This document shows, piece after piece, positions 63,601-64,000 of a stretch of 64,000 nt of DNA (positions within the stretch are counted from its first letter, which is position 1; each line of letters begins with the position of its first letter). Under the pieces are notes generated by a model. It ran no database searches. It was not told the DNA's origin and saw nothing but the letters and a program-made list of their open reading frames with translations. The DNA comes from Octopus sinensis (Eukaryota). Location: assembly GCF_006345805.1 (NCBI RefSeq), contig NW_021833257.1, positions 1 to 64,000 of the forward strand, written 5' to 3'. A program made the translations under genes and the position numbers.

Positions 63601-64000
63601 TATATTTGTGATCGATCCATAACTTTTTAAAATGTTATTTGTTTCAAATTTTGCATTACCATATCCAGCAATATAAAAAGAAATGTTGTGATCACCAGAA
63701 TTTAAAAACGGGATTACAAAAAATACACTTGAATTTGATGAATTTAATGGGAAATATCTCATGTTATTTATTTTTAATTCTATAGATCCATTGCCAGAAA
63801 TTAGTCTGTCTCCAATAATTTGTATTGTTGTATTTGAGCTTGTAATGTTTTCCGGAATTATTTTTTTGATAATAGGAGTATGATTAGTTGAGAATTCAAA
63901 TTTAATATTATTAACATTCACTGCATTATATCTTCTTCCGTCCGAAAATATATCAATTATAATATCGGCAAATGTATCATTGGTTTTGAATACATATGTA
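54697..64000 (-). CDS. PKHD1L1: Fibrocystin-L-like gene, 3' part (multi-exon, begins beyond the right edge): TIG repeats, two G8 domains, beta-helix region, TM helix
   Basis: TIG NPMSGSIYGGTEIKISGYGF. G8 WSSRFTWGG...P and WSNTNIW...LPSNGDTVVISSG. FRLGRYPIHYH, AIHNSFNRAVNIHG, GGAFFLEDGIETNNIFEYNL. TM LIVGLSVGGVALTGVVGFIVW followed by a short tail; stop at 54697. Confidence 0.9.

Noticed and set aside
1-64000. Alternative genetic code (TAG/TGA reassigned)
   Set aside because: Host genes end in TAA, TAG and TGA, and TGG is used for Trp. The TGA is private to the damaged copy A. One shared TAG is not enough, so it is kept only as a local finding.
1-64000. One giant fibrocystin gene spanning the window
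   Set aside because: On the minus strand the right segment ends with TM and stop at 54697, and the left segment starts afresh with a signal peptide at 4055.

Overview
AT-rich eukaryotic DNA with very small GT-AG introns (about 24-45 nt where I could count them). The gene set (fibrocystin-L, kringle domain, TTC7, NAA40, 1-Cys peroxiredoxin) points to an animal with a compact genome, possibly a parasite; that assignment is inference and the species cannot be named from sequence alone. Both ends hold minus-strand fibrocystin-L (PKHD1L1-like) genes: the 5' part of one at 1-4055, which includes a kringle exon, and the 3' part of another at 54697-64000. The ~50 kb between them is a dense nest of transposons: CRE-type and I/Jockey-type non-LTR elements, three Tc1 families, pogo/Tigger, hAT, Mutator, Merlin and Ginger2-like TGT...ACA elements. 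It also holds tRNA-Val(AAC), an unidentified 4.2-kb gene and a ~10-kb segmental duplication (copy A 18100-31882, copy B 38134-54164). The duplicated block carries an orphan tail-anchored gene, PRDX6, TTC7 and NAA40. Comparing the two copies gives filled and empty sites for five insertions. The most striking structures are: (1) two short TGT...ACA inverted-repeat elements that each carry a near-complete LINE close to one end, one of them also holding a telomere-variant hexamer array and sitting 7 nt upstream of the PRDX6 ATG; (2) duplication breakpoints that coincide with transposon termini; (3) an in-frame TAG at a conserved Trp in both PRDX6 copies; (4) host-sized micro-introns inside three different transposases. 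Many single-base homopolymer indels differ between the copies, so most frameshifts may be read or assembly noise. All alignments were done by eye.
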